A stretch of DNA of 64,000 nucleotides from the human T2T-CHM13v2.0 reference genome, Homo sapiens (GCF_009914755.1 NC_060944.1), one strand, 5' to 3'; counted from the first letter of the stretch, positions 46,593-60,614 are shown. Notes: generated by a model from the sequence alone, not told the origin. A program made the numbers and translations.

Positions 46593-48349
46593 GTCTAGAC
46601 AATATGTGTAATGTTGATCATGATGATGATCATATTAGTTCTGCTTCCTCAAGTTGGAGTCAAAGTTTTATGCTCAGGGAACTTGTGCCTCTAGGATGGG
46701 ATCAGAAAACAAAACTTTTCCCCGGCAAGTTGTATCACAGTTAGGTTTTTGTAAATATGGTCACCTGTGGCCAGGTAAGCTTTGAGCTTTGAGTCTGCCT
46801 GTTCTTTGATTCTGCCTTCTCTTAACCAGTTACCGGGAAATGTCAGGGAGAAATGGACAATTTATGTACAAGAACTAAGCATGCCTTCTTTTTGGCATGA
46901 TCAGATTCTGTGCTCTGTTAACTATTGTTTTCATTTTAAATGTTTTTATTATGACCAAAAATTGATAGTCATAGGATTGACTGAACATTCAGAATGGCCT
47001 TGTCCTTACAGTGGCCACAATGTCTCAGAATGACAGCAGAAATAATAATCAAATAAGCATGGTAGATGCTTCAATTGAGATTTAAGAAGAATCAGAATAT
47101 CCTGTGGTTTTGAAGTTTCCTATGAAGGCAGTCGCTAAAGAACATTCCACTTTGCATAAAAGACTTCATTTCAAGGCTTTCAGTCAAATGCATGGCTAGC
47201 TGATGGATCCCACTGGGCTTAACAAGCACAATTAAGGTCTTCATCAAACCTTAATAGATTGGTGTCATTGAGCACTGACCAGTGCTTGGAATGTTTTTCT
47301 TCTCTGCCTATCATCCATGTCTGAAATTTTCCTCAAATATTGGCAAAGAGAACATATAAGGGTGGATTAGTAGTTCTCCTTTATTCATATATTGTGATAT
47401 TTTAAAGGCATCTTTCAGTAAATGCGTTATCATATTAGCATCTAACTGACTGATCCAATGGGTTATATCAAAATGCAAGGTGCGTACACATGGGACTCAT
47501 ATCTCAAATTCATTATAATATCCTTGTTTCATGCACTCTTAACTCTCCAGAGGGCTTCTAAATCCAATTCTTTCATTTCAAATAAATAGTAATGAGAGCA
47601 TCTCTGAATATCAACATAATATACCCAAGATCCTAGGAAACAATGCAATTGGCCATTTAAATAATTAGAAGACGAGATGCACTTTTGTTGGCCAATGTTG
47701 GTGCAACAATGAAACTACTTGGGACAGAAGTTATCAGTTTGGGAAAGGAAGCAGGAACACAGTTAGAAGAGATAAGAAGGAAGAAAAAGAAGCTAAAGGC
47801 ACAAGATGAGAGCAATAGATAGTAGAGGGAAGGTGTAAGATAATGAGAGTGGTAAGTGGCAAGTTGGAGTCTAGCTTTTCCCTAGAGGGGCTCTTCAGGA
47901 AGAAATAAAAAATTTTTATAAAGTACCACTGTTCTTTCTTTTGGCATGATCATTTAAAAGAGGGCAAGAAGGAAAGTGAGGTGAGTTGAAGCCCTACAAA
48001 AGCCTTGTAGGATGTGATTAAGTGACCAAGGACAGGGGCACATCCCCCTTGGGTCCCATATATTGCATTGCAACCCTTTGATGACAGTGGACGCTTAATT
48101 AATGTTATACTTATAATAAGATTATTTTAGGCTTGTGTTCATTTTTATCCAGGTTATATTCTTGTGATATCCTTATTTTCCATTTATAAAGATTACCTCA
48201 ACTATTTGTTTCATCCTTTGATATTGGATATGCTGATGCATTTCTCTTTCTCTTTCTTTTCTTTTGTTATTCTTTGCTTTACAAGCACAATTAAAGACTT
48301 CATGGACCCTCATTATCTTATAAACTTCCCTCTACTACTTCGTGTCTAC

Positions 48350-51300
48350 TTCAAGGACAGAATTTTGTTCTTTTTTTATGACTGCATAGTATTCCATGGT
48401 GTATGTACCATATTTTCTTTACCAAGACTACCACTGATGGGCATTTAGGGTGATTTCATGTCTTTGCTATTGTGAATAGTGCTGCGATGAACATACATGT
48501 GCATGTGTCTTTATGGTAGAATGATCTATATTCCTTTGAGTATATACCCAATAATGGGATTGCTGGGTTGAATGGTAGTTCTAAGTTCTTTAAGAAATTG
48601 TCAGCTGGGCGCAGTGGCTGATGCCTGTAATCCCAGCACTCTGGGAGGCTGAGACAGGCAGATCACGAGGTCAGGAGATCGAGACCATCCTGGCTAACAC
48701 GGTGAAACCCCGTCTCTACTAAAAACACAAAAAAATTAGCCGGGCATGGTGGCGGGTGCCTGTAGTCCCAGCTACTCAGGAGGCCGAGGCAGGAGAATAG
48801 CGTGAACCTGGGACGTGGAGCTTGCAGTGAGCCAAGATCACGCCACTGCACTCCAGCCTGGGTGACAGAGCGAGACTCCGTCTCAAAAAAAAAAAAAAAA
48901 AGAAAAAGAAAAAGAAATTTTTACACTGTTTTCCACATGGCTGAACTAATTGACACTTCCACCAACAGTGTATAAGTGTGTCTTTCTCTGCAACCTTGCC
49001 AATATTTGTTACTTTTTGACTTTTTAATAATAGACATTCTGACTGGTATGAGGTGGTATCTCACTGTAGTTTCGATTTGCATTTCTCTAATAATCAGTGA
49101 TGTTGAACTTTTTTTCATAAGATTGTTGCCTGCATGTATGCTTTCTTTTGAAAAACGTCTGTTCATGTCCTTTGCCCACTTTTTAATGTTATTTTTTCTT
49201 GTAAATTTGTTTAAGTTCCTTGTAGAGTCTGGATATTAGATCTTTGTCAGATGAACAGTTTGCAAAAATTTTCTCCCATTCTGTAGGTTGTCTGTTCAGT
49301 CTGTAGTTTCTTTTGCTGTGCAGAAGCTCTTTGGTTTAATGAGATTCTATTTGTTAATTTTTGTCTTTGTTGCAATTGCTTTTGGTATCTTCATCATGAA
49401 ATCTTTGCCTGTTTCTAGGTCCAGAATGGTATTGCCTAGGTTGCCTTCTAGGAGTTTTATAGATTTGGGTTTTACATTTAAGTCTGTAATCCATACTGAG
49501 TTAATTTTTATATATAGCATAAGGAAAGTGTCCTGTTTCAATCTTCTGCATATGGCTAGCCAGTTATCCTAGCACAATTTATTGAATAGGGAATCCATTC
49601 CTCATTGCTTGTTTTTTGTCAGGTTTTTCAAGGATCAGATAGTTGTATGTGTGCAGCCTTATTTCTGGGCTCTCTATTCTGTTCCATCAGTCTATCTGTC
49701 TGTTTCTGTATCAATACCATGCTGTTTTGGTTACTATAGCCCTATAGCATACTTCAACGTTGAGTAGTATGATGCCTCCAGCTTTGTTCTTTTGCTTAGG
49801 ATTGTCTTGACTATTCGGGCTCTTTTTTGGTTCCATATGAATTTTAAAATAGTTTTTTCTAGTTTTGTGGAGAAATATCAATAATGGTAGTTTGATAGGA
49901 ATAGCATTGAATCTATAAATTGCTTTGGGCAGTATGGCCATTATAAAGATATTGCTTGTCATTATCCATGAGCATGGAATGTTTTTCCATTTGTTTGTGT
50001 CATCTTTGTTTTGTAGTTCTCCTTGTAGAGGTCTTTAACTTTTTCGGTTAGCTGTATTCCTAAGTATTTTTTTTTCTTGTGGCAATTGTGAATGGGATTG
50101 TGTTCCTGGCTTGGCTCTTGGCTTGACTGTTGTTGGTATATAGGGATGTTAATGATTTTTGTACATTGATTTTGTATCCTAAGACTTTTCTGAAGTTTTG
50201 CTGATGTTGTTTATCAGCTTAAGGAAATTTTGGGCTTAGACTATGGGGTTTTCTAGATTTAGGATCATGTCGTCTGCAAATAGGGATTGTTTGACTTCCT
50301 CTCTTTGTATTTGGATGCCATTTATTTCTTTCTCTTGCCTGATTGCCCTGGCCAGGACTTCCAATAGTATGTTGAATAGGAGTGGTGAGAGAGGACATCC
50401 TTGTCTCGTGCCAGTTTTCAAGGGGAATGCTTCTAGCTTTTGTCCACTTGGTATGATGTTGACTGTGGATTTGTCATAGATGGCTCTTATTATTTTGAGG
50501 AATGTTCCTTCAATACCTAGTTTATTGTGAGTTTTTAACATAAAGGGATTTTGAATTTTATGCATCTATTGAGATAATCGTGGTTTTTGTCTTTAGTTCT
50601 GTTTAAATGATGAATCTCACTTACTGATTTGTGTATTTTGAACCAGTCCTGCATCTCAGGGATAAAGCCTGCTTTATTGTGGTGGATGAGCTTTTTGATG
50701 TGCTGCTGGATTTGGTTTGCCAGTATTTTGTTGAGGATTTTTGCATTGATGTTCATTGGCCTGAAGTTTTCTTTTTTGTTGTGTCTCCACCAGGTTTTGG
50801 TATCTAGATGATACTGGCCTCATAGAATGAACTATGGAGGTGTCCCTCCCCCTCAATTTTTTGGAATAGTTTCAGCAGGAATAGTACCAGCTCCTCTTTG
50901 TACATCTGGTAGAATCCAGCTGTGAATCTTCCTGGTCCTGGACTTCTTTTTGGTTGATAGGCTATTTATTACTGACTCAATTTCAGAGTTCTTTATTAGT
51001 CTGTTCAGGGACTTGATTTCTTTTTGGTTCAGTCTTGGGTGTGGGTATATGTGTCCAGGAATTTATCTATTTCTTTTGGATTTTCTAGTTTGTGTGCATA
51101 TCGGTGTTCATAATATTCTCTGATGGTTATTTGTATTTTGGTAGGTCAGTGGTAATAATCCCCTTGTCATTTCTGATTGTGTTTAGTTGCATCTTCTCTC
51201 TTTTCTTCTTTATTTGTCCAGCTAGCAGTTTATTTTATTGTTTAAAAAAAAAACAGCTCTTGCATTTGTTGATCTTTTGAAAGGTTTTTCATGAAGGGTA

Positions 51301-54300
51301 CTGAAACCTTTTAGTTCAGCTTTGATTTTGGTTATTTCTTGCCTTCTCCAACTTTGGAATTGGTTTGCTCTTGGTTCTCTAGTTCTTTTAGTTGTGATAT
51401 TAGGTTGTTAAATTGAGATGTTTATAACTTTTTGATGTGGGAATTTAGTGCTATAAATTTCCCCCTTAACACTTCCTTAGCTGTGTCCTGCAGATTCTTG
51501 TATGTTGTATCTTTGTTCTCATTAGTTTCAAATAACTTCTTGATTTCTGCCTTAATTTCATTGTTTATCCAAAGGCATTAAAGAGCAGATTATTCAATTT
51601 CCATGTAATTTCATGTTTTTTTCCAGTGAATTTCTTAATCTTGATCTCTAATTTGTTTGCACCATGGTCTGATATATTGTTTTTTATGATTTCAGTTCTT
51701 TTGTATTTGTTTAGGAGTGGTTTTTTTTCTGATTATGTGATTGATTTTAGAGTATGTGCCATGTGGCAATGAGAAGAATATATACTTTCTTGTTTTTGGG
51801 TGGAGAGTTCTGTAGATATCTGTTGGGTCCATTTGATCCAGTGCTGAGTTCAGGTCCTGAATATCTTTGTTAATTTTCTGTCTTGATAATCTATCTAATA
51901 TTGTCAGTGGGGTGTTAACGTCTCCCACTATTATTATGTGAGAGTCTAAGTTTCTTTGAAGGTTTCTAAAAACTTGCTTTATGAATCTGGGTGCTCCTGT
52001 GTTGGGTGTATACATATTTAGGATAGTTAAATCTTCTTGAATTAAACCCTTTACTATTATGTAAAGTCCTTCTTTGTTGTTTTTTGTCTTTGTTGGTTTA
52101 AAGTATGTTTTGTCTGAAACTAGGATTGCAACCCCTGCTTTTTTCTGTTTTCTATTTGCTTGGTAGATTTTTTCTCCATCCCGTTATTTTGAGCCTATTG
52201 GTGTCATTGCCTGTGAGACGGGGCTCTTGAAGATAATTATACCAATGGATCTTGGTTGTTTATCCAGCTTGTCACTCTGTGCCTTTTATTTGGGGCATTT
52301 AGCCCATTTTCTTTCAGGGTTAGCATTGATATGTGTAGATTTGATCCTGTCATCATCATGCTAGCTGGTTATTTTGCAGACTTGTTTATTAGGTTGCTTT
52401 ATAATGTCACTGCTCTGTGTACTTCAGTGCATTTTGAAGCGGCTGGTAATGTTTTTTTCTTTTCCATATTTAGTGCGTCCTTCAGGAGGAAGGTCTGGTG
52501 GTAACAAATTCCCTCAGCATTTGCTTGTCTGAAAAGCATCTTATTTCTCCTTCATCTATGAAGTTTAGTTTGGCTGGATATGAAATTCTGAGTTGGAATT
52601 TCTTTTCTTTAAGAATATTGAATATTGGCTCCCAATCTCTTCTGGCTTTTAGGGTTTCTGTTGAGAGGTCTGCTGTTAATCTGATGGGCTTCCCTTTGGA
52701 GGTGATCTGACCTTTCTCTCTAGCTGCCTTTAACATTTTTTCTTTTATTTTGACCTTGGAGAATCTCATGCTTATATGTCTTGGGGATGATCTTCTTGTG
52801 AAATATCTTACTGGGATTCTCTACATTTCCTGAATTTGAATGTTGGCCTCTCTAGCTAGGCTGGGGACGTTCTCATGAAAGATATCCTGAAATATGTTTT
52901 CCAAGTTGGTTCCATTCTCCTCATTTCTTTCAAGGACACCAATGTGTCATAGATTTGGTCTCTTTACATAACCCTCTCTTTCTCAGAGGCTTTGTTTGTT
53001 TCTTTTCATTTTTTTTTCTCTATTCTTGTCTGAGTATCTTATTTCAGGAAACCATCTTTGAGCTCTGAGATTCTTTCTTCCACTTGGTCTATTCTAATAT
53101 TAGTACTTGTGATTGCATTATGAAATTCTTGTAGTGTGTTTTTCAGCTCTGTAAGGTCAGTTATATTAATTTCTATACTGGCTACTTTGTTGTCACCTCT
53201 TGCATTGTTTTTATCATGATTTTTAGCTTCGTTGGATTGGGTTTCAATGAACTCTTGTAGCTTAATGATCTTCATTCCTGTACATATTCTGAATTCTCTT
53301 TCTGTCATTTCAGCCATCTCAGCCTAGTTCAGAACCCTTGCTGGAGAGTTGATGTGGTCATTTGGAGGAAATAAGCACTCTGGCTTTTTGAGTTGTCAGG
53401 GTTCTTACACTAATTTCTCATCTTTGTGGGTTTATCTTCCTTCGATCTTTGAGTTGCTGGCCTTTGGATTTTTTTTTTTAATCCTATTTGATGAACTTGA
53501 GGGTTTGGTTGTGGTATAAAGTGGATTCAATCAACTGGCTTCATTTCTAGAAGATTTAAGGAGGCCAACGCTGAGCTCCCAACTCCTGGACTGCATGCTC
53601 TAACTCTGGGGACTTGTATTAGGCCCTGACTTTGTTCTCTGTCTCCTTGAAGTTAGGAATCCACTGCACTGAGGGTGCCAAAGTGCTCCTCAATCACTGG
53701 TTCCTACAGTCCAATGGGCAATATCAGCAAAAGTGTTTTGTAGTGTAGTGACAGTGGGATTCATTCTCTTTCACATATGTCCACAGCAGTGGTGGCAGCA
53801 GCTGCAGCAAAGTGCTAGTGGGTGCCAGGGTGCTTGCCCCTCTGCAGGTGTTCAGCACCGTGGTGGAGGCAACACAGCTGTGGGGGGCAGGGGCCCTTGC
53901 TGATGACTGTGTGCATGGTCATACTGGAGGTGGTGTTGGCTCAGGGGTGGGGCACTGGCAGTTGTAGTTCTGGGTGCCTTCTCTGTGCCCCACAAGCATG
54001 TGTGGTAGCTCAGAGCAAGGGAGGATCTGCTGTCCTCTGGGCCTAGTTTCACTCCCATGGCAGTGTTAGCATGAGGGCTGGATGCTGGTAGGGGCAGGGA
54101 TGGCTAGTTCTGTGTCTGTCCAGGCTCCATCTGTAATGGTGATAAGAAGGGAGAGGGTGGGTGGACTGCACTCCTTGGGCAATGGTGGGACCAGGAAAGC
54201 AAAACTCACCTGTGCAGACACATGTCAGCAAAGCAATGTGGGGAGTTGTTGTGGGCCTGGGGGAAGCAGTGCTTTGGGGAGGGAGTGGGAGGGCTGGTGC

Positions 54301-54988
54301 ATGGCAACTGCCTCACTGGAGTTCTCTGCTGCTCAGGCATGGTCCACTGTTGCAGAAGCTATGGTGTGGTCCCACAGGGCAGCCAAGACAGCCCTGCAAG
54401 CAGGCATGGCCAGGCTGGGGTCCTGGGAGAGGCCAGCAGACCAAGGGGTGCTGAGGTCAGACCAGCCCTGTCTGATGGACCAGGCAATCCAGCAGAGTTT
54501 AAGACTGACAGATCCCCTAGCGCTAAAGTCTCCTATGGGATCAAGTCAAGCCTAGGGGGATGGGTGTCCCTGCCTGTGCTCTGCTACAGAAGCTCCCGTA
54601 TCAAACCCTCTGGGCTCCATATCAGCTGGCTTGCTGCCCCTACCACTTCTCTAAGCAGCTCTCTCTACCAACTCAAGTGTCCATGGTGGTTGAGGTTTCT
54701 CTTCATCCTGGGGTTCCAGAGGTCCATGGTGAGAGCAGGTTGTTCCTTGCCAGTTCAACCCACCTATTACCTCAGAGCCACTGGGGGCCAGGAATGAATT
54801 TGGTGTGCTATAGCCCTCTGTAGGGTCCTCAGCTTTCTTCCCCTTCAGCTCAGCTTGCATATCTTCCATTTGTGTACTCTTGATGCCTTTTCCCTCTTAA
54901 GATTTGTTAGGAGCACACCAGTCATCGCAGTCCTTTGGTGGGAGCTGTTCTACCTGGTTGTATCTAGTTGGCCATCTTGCCTTCCCCC
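48350..54988 (-). mobile_element. L1 (L1PA13-16/L1PREC2-like) with complete 5'UTR, lacking distal 3'UTR and polyA
   Basis: 5' end ggccatcttg (YY1 site); 5'UTR about 1.5 kb; ORF1 fragments 52482-53317; ORF2 fragments including FADD at 50236-50565. Confidence 0.92.
48603..48913 (+). mobile_element. AluY inserted antisense into the L1
   Basis: gagatcgagaccatcctggctaacacgg; gagcttgcagtgag; A-tail; imperfect TSD aagaaatt.. Confidence 0.93.
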
Positions 54989-55665
54989 GATGTATTTTTC
55001 TAAACTGCCTTCTATTTAAAGATGCAATATGTCTAACTATATAAACCTTGGATTTCACACTTTCAATTTATTAAGTACAGTTTTATAAATCTAGTATGAA
55101 GATGAAAGTTGAATTGCATTTAATATTCTCTGCTTCTAAAACCAGACAATTATGTAATATTTTAGAAGATGGCCATAAAATTGTTGATTTCCTTTAATGT
55201 CAGGGTTTAAAGAGTTAAACTTCAGTTATCTGGATAAGTAAGGTTTATAGGACATCTACTCCTAGTGGCCTATAAAACAGAGATGTACCTGAATATACAA
55301 GTAGCATGTCCTGCTATATTTCTCACTGTTCTGTAATGCAAAGTTTGAGAATACAAATGGGATCCATTTAAGTAGCAAGGCAGGTTTAGGGGTGATAACA
55401 GTTTATCTAAATTAGAATTAAAGCCCAGAAATATAATTGGTATATAGCAGACACCTCAAAGAGTGTTGATATATTTGATCTGATCAAATCTTATATTTAG
55501 TCTTCCTTGGTCTAATACCCTTAGCCTTGCCCCTTTATGCATACTCTCCCGTCTCTTGCCATTATAACTTGGTGATGTTCTCAGGCTTATCCACCCTTCA
55601 ACCTCAGAAGACAAAGGGCTCCTTCAAAGCCATGAACATGTTGCAATTTTCATGCATGTTTTTAT

Positions 55666-56059
55666 GTACATTCTATTGTGCACTCTGGCTGCAAAAAGAG
55701 TACCACAGACTGCGTGTCTTAAACAACAGAAATGCATTTTCTCACAGTTCTGTAGGCTAGAAGTATGAGATCTAAATGTCAGCAGAGTTGGTTTCTTTTG
55801 AGCTATCTCTTTTTGGCTTGTAGATGTCCATCTTCTCCTTGTGTCTTCACATGAACATCTCTCTGTGTGTCTTTGTTATAATCTTCTCTTCTTATAAGAA
55901 TACAAATCATATTGAATTAGGATTTACCTATATGACCTCATTTTACCTTAACCACCATTTTTAAAGACCCTAACTCCAAATGCAGTCACATTCTGAGGTA
56001 CTGGGGGTTAGAACTTCAACATAATGAATTTGAGGGGGGACAAAATTCACCCCATAACA
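55666..56059 (-). mobile_element. MLT1B solo LTR
   Basis: taccacagactgcgtgtcttaaacaacagaaatg...gtcacattctgaggtactgggggttag...cccataaca. Confidence 0.85.
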
Positions 56060-56386
56060 TATTTTTTCAGCCTTTAAGGTCTCTTTTTCCTGTGTGCACA
56101 CTCCATTGCCATCAGAAGTAGCCTCTTACCCTTCATAAACACTATACCTTCCTTAGTGATTAATTGGCACAATTTCTCAACACCTCAATGCCTTTATGTC
56201 CACATGCATTTTATATCCAGACCATTAAGAGTGAATAATCTTGATGCTACTGGTGCCGTGGGTCATCTGTGTCCCATTATCATCTGGCAAGGAAGGTGTC
56301 TATACCTTTCTCTACTACGTGAGCAACACAATATCAATATCCTACTTTGAAATTTTGTTTCCTGGAGGCACTCTGATACCTATTAC

Positions 56387-56824
56387 TGTATCAATCAGGA
56401 TCCAGGCAGAAAGTAGACATCATGCTTAAACTGGGTAACTTGAAGATAATATAGGAAAATAGCAAGCAATAGTCTAGAATCCTAAAAGTCTGAATCTATT
56501 ATCAACCTTAGGTGTGAATGGGCAAGGGGAGGGAGTGGATTCTGTCATACAACACATGAGTGCAAAAGAGCTGTGTAGTGCTGCTTGATGCCTATTACTT
56601 TTGTGTAAAGACACAGCCAGCTCACGTGAGCTCTTAGGAAGGGGGATAGAGAAATAAATACCCTGACCTCATCTTCCTGCCCTCTGGGCTGCTGGCCTCC
56701 AAACCAGAAGCAGGGCACTGGAGCTTACCAACATGGTACACAAAGGCTGGCATCCTGGAGCTCAGAGCAGAGGAGAGGAGGTCAGACAGTGGATCTAGAG
56801 GGGCAGACAAAAATATCCAGAACA
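56387..56824 (-). mobile_element. ERVL LTR (LTR33-like)
   Basis: tgtatcaatcaggatccaggcagaaa...aaactgggtaac; ends gtggatctagaggggcagacaaaaatatccagaaca. Confidence 0.65.
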
Positions 56825-57257
56825 AGTTTCACTCTCCATGGGCCTGAACTAGTGGTTGCAATTGCTGGAAGGTAGAAAGTGTTAGGGGGTGTTCAGGTAT
56901 GGGATCCAGATGAAGTGGGAGAGAATTTTAGTATGCTTTGTGAAGATTTCCCATGATTTGAAATTGTGTAAGGACTGTCCCAAATTTTGCAAATGATGCT
57001 ATATCATAAGATAAAGAAGACAGTCATACTCATTTGGTAGCTATATTTATATAATGTATTCATATAAATGTATAAATATGTATATTATGTAAGTGGCTGA
57101 TGTTTACATTTGCTTAATCATATGAGAATATAGCAAAATTATAACTGGCTCAAAGTAATAGTTGTTGGAGCCAGGTTTTAACCCAGGCAGGATCATTCAT
57201 ATGCTTTCAATCTTAACCATCAGGCTGGATGTCTCCTCCACTTTCCTTGTTGATCTC

Positions 57258-57694
57258 TGTATCTGTCTGTTCTTGCTCTGCTATAAAGAAATATCTGAGA
57301 CTGGGTAACTTATAAAGAAAAGAGGTTTAATTGGCTCATGTAAAGGTTTAATTGGCTTCCTGTACAGGTTGTACAAGAAGCATGGTGGCATCTACTTCTG
57401 GGGAGGCCTCAGGCAGCTTTTACTAATGGCAGAAGGCAAAGCAGGAGCAGGCCTCTTGCATGTCAGGAGCAGGACCAAGAGAGAGGTGGGAGGTGCTACA
57501 CACTTTTAAACAACCAGATCTCATGATAACTCACTCACTCACTATCATGAAAACAGCACTGAGAGGGTGGTGCTAAACCATTCATGAAGGATCCACCCCC
57601 ATGATCCAATCACCTCCGACCAGGCTCCACTTCCAGTATTGGGGATTACATTTCAACATGAAATTTGGGTGAGGACACAGATCCAAACCACATC
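57258..57694 (-). mobile_element. MSTA/MSTB solo LTR
   Basis: gagactgggtaacttataaagaaaagaggtttaattggctca...catgatccaatcacctcc...ccaaaccacatca. Confidence 0.9.
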
Positions 57695-58079
57695 AATTGC
57701 TGTTAAGACATGCAGTTGAACAGTATGTTTGTTAAACAGCTGGTATCACCTGGGGCAATCTCTAGTGCTTGGAATTAGGAAAACTCCTAATTTTGTGGTC
57801 CAGGGAACCCATAAGCCTCCTTAAGACTCCTGCACGTTTTAGGAGAGCTAACTTACCCTGGCTCTTGTGCCTGGGTATATAAATTTGTGCCCTCAGATGT
57901 GAAGCAACACATTTTGTCATTACAGAAGCATCAGTCAGAAATGGAAAATTTCTAGAATGTATACATAATATAAAATGTTGTAGGGGAAATAAGGGAGTGT
58001 TTTACATTACATTTGTCATTGCAAATTACTTAAAACTCTATATTAGACGTTTCTATTCTCCAGTATTTTTTCTTAGGTA

Positions 58080-58440
58080 CAGTATTAGTTAACTGCCAGA
58101 AAAATGCAGTATAACAGCTACAGAATCTCTGTGGCATACAGCAGTAAGTGTTGATTTAGGTGCCAAGCCAAAATAAACTAAGTGGGTTGACTGAGGGTTG
58201 GCTGGGTTTGGATTAGTGGCTCTGCTGATCTTGGCTGGCCTTGCTTTATGCATCCAGATGTTGGCTGGAGTCAGCTGGTCTTGACTGGGGTATTTCTGCT
58301 CCACATTCTACCCCTTTGACTGAGGCCAGAGGGCTGACCTTCTGCTTCTCCTCATGGTGATGGTAAAAGCTCATGTCCAAGTACTCAAGTGCATGACAAT
58401 CATCTGCTGTGTCATGTCCATGCAAGTCACATGGCTGTAC
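58080..58440 (-). mobile_element. Old MLT1 (H-J-like) LTR fragment
   Basis: tctgctgatcttggctggccttgct...gcaagtcacatggc. Confidence 0.55.
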
Positions 58441-58494
58441 ATTTCTCAGTGCTCTGTTATACCATTGGATGTGGATGTATTTATTTATTCATTA

Positions 58495-58692
58495 CTTATT
58501 TATTTTTAAACTACTTTATTGAGATGATTGTCATGTAAAAAGACATACATATTTAATGCATACAACTTGGTGAATTTGGGGATATGTATATACCCATGAA
58601 GCTATCACCACCATTAAGGCCAGAAACTTATTCATCACCTCCAAAAGTTTCCTCCTGCTTCCTCCTTATTATTATTGATGATAAGAACACTT
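58495..58692 (-). mobile_element. L1MA/L1MB 3' end, interrupted by the young L1
   Basis: ctttattgagatgattg...catatttaatgcatacaacttgg...tcacctccaaaagtttcct. Confidence 0.75.
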
Positions 58693-59599
58693 GGGGGGAG
58701 GAGCCAAGATGGCCGAATAGGAACAGCTCCAGTCTACAGCTCCCAGTGTGAGCGACGCAGAAGACGGGTGATTTCTGCATTTCCATCTGAGGTACCGGGT
58801 GCATCTCACTAGGGAGTGCCAGAGAGTGGGCGCAGGCCAGTGGGTGCGCGCACCGTGCGCGAGCCGAAGCAGGGCGAGGCATTGCCTCACCTGGGAAGCG
58901 CAAGGGGTCAGGGAGTTCCCTTTCTGAGTCAAAGAAAGCGGTGACGGACGCACCTGGAAAATCGGGTCACTCCCACCCGAATATTGCCCTTTTCAGACCA
59001 GCTTAAAAAACGGCACACCACGAGACTATATCCCACACCTGGCTCGGAGGGTCCTACGCCCACGGAATCTCGCTGATTGCTAGCACAGCTTTCTGAGATC
59101 AAACTGCAAGGCAGCAGCGAGGCTGGGAGAGGGGCGCCTGCCATTGCCCAGGCTTGCTTAGGTAAACAAAGCAGCAGGGAAGCTCGAACTGGGTGGAGCC
59201 CACCACAGCTCAAGGAGGCCTGCCTGCCTCTGTAGGCTCCACCTCTGGGGGCAGGGCACAGACAAACAAAAAGACAGCAGTAACCTCTGCAGACTTAAAT
59301 GTCCCTGTCTGACAGCTTTGAAGAGAGCAGTGGTTCTCCCAGTATGCAGCTGGAGATCTGAGAACTGGCAGACTGCCTCCTCAAGTGGGTCGCTGACCCC
59401 TGACCCCCGAGCAGCCTAACTGGGAGGCACCCCCCAGCAGGGGCACAGTGACACCTCACACAGCAGGGTATTCCAACAGACCTGCAGCTGAGGGTCCTGT
59501 CTGTTAGAAGGAAAACTAACAAACAGAAAGGACATCCACACCGAAAACCCATCTGTACATCACCATCATCAAAGACCAAAAGTAGATAAAACCACAAAG
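58693..59599. promoter_or_regulatory. L1 5'UTR internal sense promoter and antisense promoter (CpG-rich, intact YY1 site)
   Basis: caagatggcc YY1 motif near the 5' end; many retained CpGs; SOX-like aaacaaa sites. Confidence 0.75.
58929..59144 (-). CDS. L1 ORF0, intact 71 aa (MAGAPLPASLLPCSLISESCASN...RCVRHRFL)
   Basis: ATG at L1 position 452 and stop at 237, matching the known primate L1 ORF0 position and length. Confidence 0.75.
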   Translation of the reverse strand: MAGAPLPASLLPCSLISESCASNQRDSVGVGPSEPGVGYSLVVCRFLSWSEKGNIRVGVTRFSRCVRHRFL

Positions 59600-60614
59600 A
59601 TGGGGAAAAAACAGAACAGAAAAACTGGAAACTCTAAAACGCAGAGTGTCTTTCCTCCTCCAAAGGAACGCAGTTCCTCACCAGCAACAGAACAAAGCTG
59701 GATGGAGAATGACTTTGACGAGCTGAGAGAAGAAGGCTTCAGACGATCAAATTACTCTGAGCTACGGGAGGACATTCAAACCAAAGGCAAAGAAGTTGAA
59801 AACTTTGAAAAAAATTTAGAAGAATGTATAACTAGAATAACCAATACAGAGAAGTGCTTAAAGGAGCTGATGGAGCTGAAAACCAAGGCTCGAGAACTAT
59901 GTGAAGAATGCAGAAGCCTCAGGAGCCGATGCGATCAACTGGAAGAAAGGGTATCAGCAATGGAAGATGAAATGAATGAAATGAAGCGAGAAGAGAAGTC
60001 TAAGAAAAAAGAATAAAAAGAAATGAGCAAAGCCTCCAAGAAATATGGGACTATGTGAAAAGACCAAATCTACGTCTGATTGGTGTACCTGAAAGTGATG
60101 GGGAGAATGGAACCAAGTTGGAAAACACTCTGCAGGATATTATCCAGGAGAACTTCCCCAATCTAGCAAGGCAGGCCAACGTTCAGATTCAGGAAATACA
60201 GAGAACGCCACAAAGATACTCCTCAAGAAGAGCAACTCCAAGACACATAATTGTCAGATTCACCAAAGTTGAAATGAAGGAAAAAATGTTAAGGGCAGCC
60301 AGAGAGAAAGGTCGGGTTACCCTCAAAGGGAAGCCCATCAGACTAACAGTGGATCTCTCGGCAGAAACCCTACAAGCCAGAAGAGAGTGGGGGCCAATAT
60401 TCAACATTCTTAAAGAAAAGAATTTTCAACCCAGAATTTCATATCCAGCCAAACTAAGCTTCATAAGTGAAGGAGAAATAAAATACTTTACAGACAAGCA
60501 AATGCTGACCGATTTTGTCACCACCAGGCCTGCCCTAAAAGAGCTCCTGAAGGAAGCGCTAAGCATGGAAAGGAACAACCGGTACAGCCGCTGCAAAATC
60601 ATGCCAAAATGTAA
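59600..60614 (+). pseudogene. L1 ORF1p, frameshifted (1-nt loss near 60000 and again near 60585)
   Basis: MGKKQNRKTGNSKTQS... ends at 60016 and resumes in another frame as KRPNLRLIGVPES. Confidence 0.9.

Noticed and set aside
53822-54869. Cluster of ORFs up to 191 aa
   Set aside because: They lie in the GC-rich 5'UTR of the old L1 and show no recognisable protein similarity.
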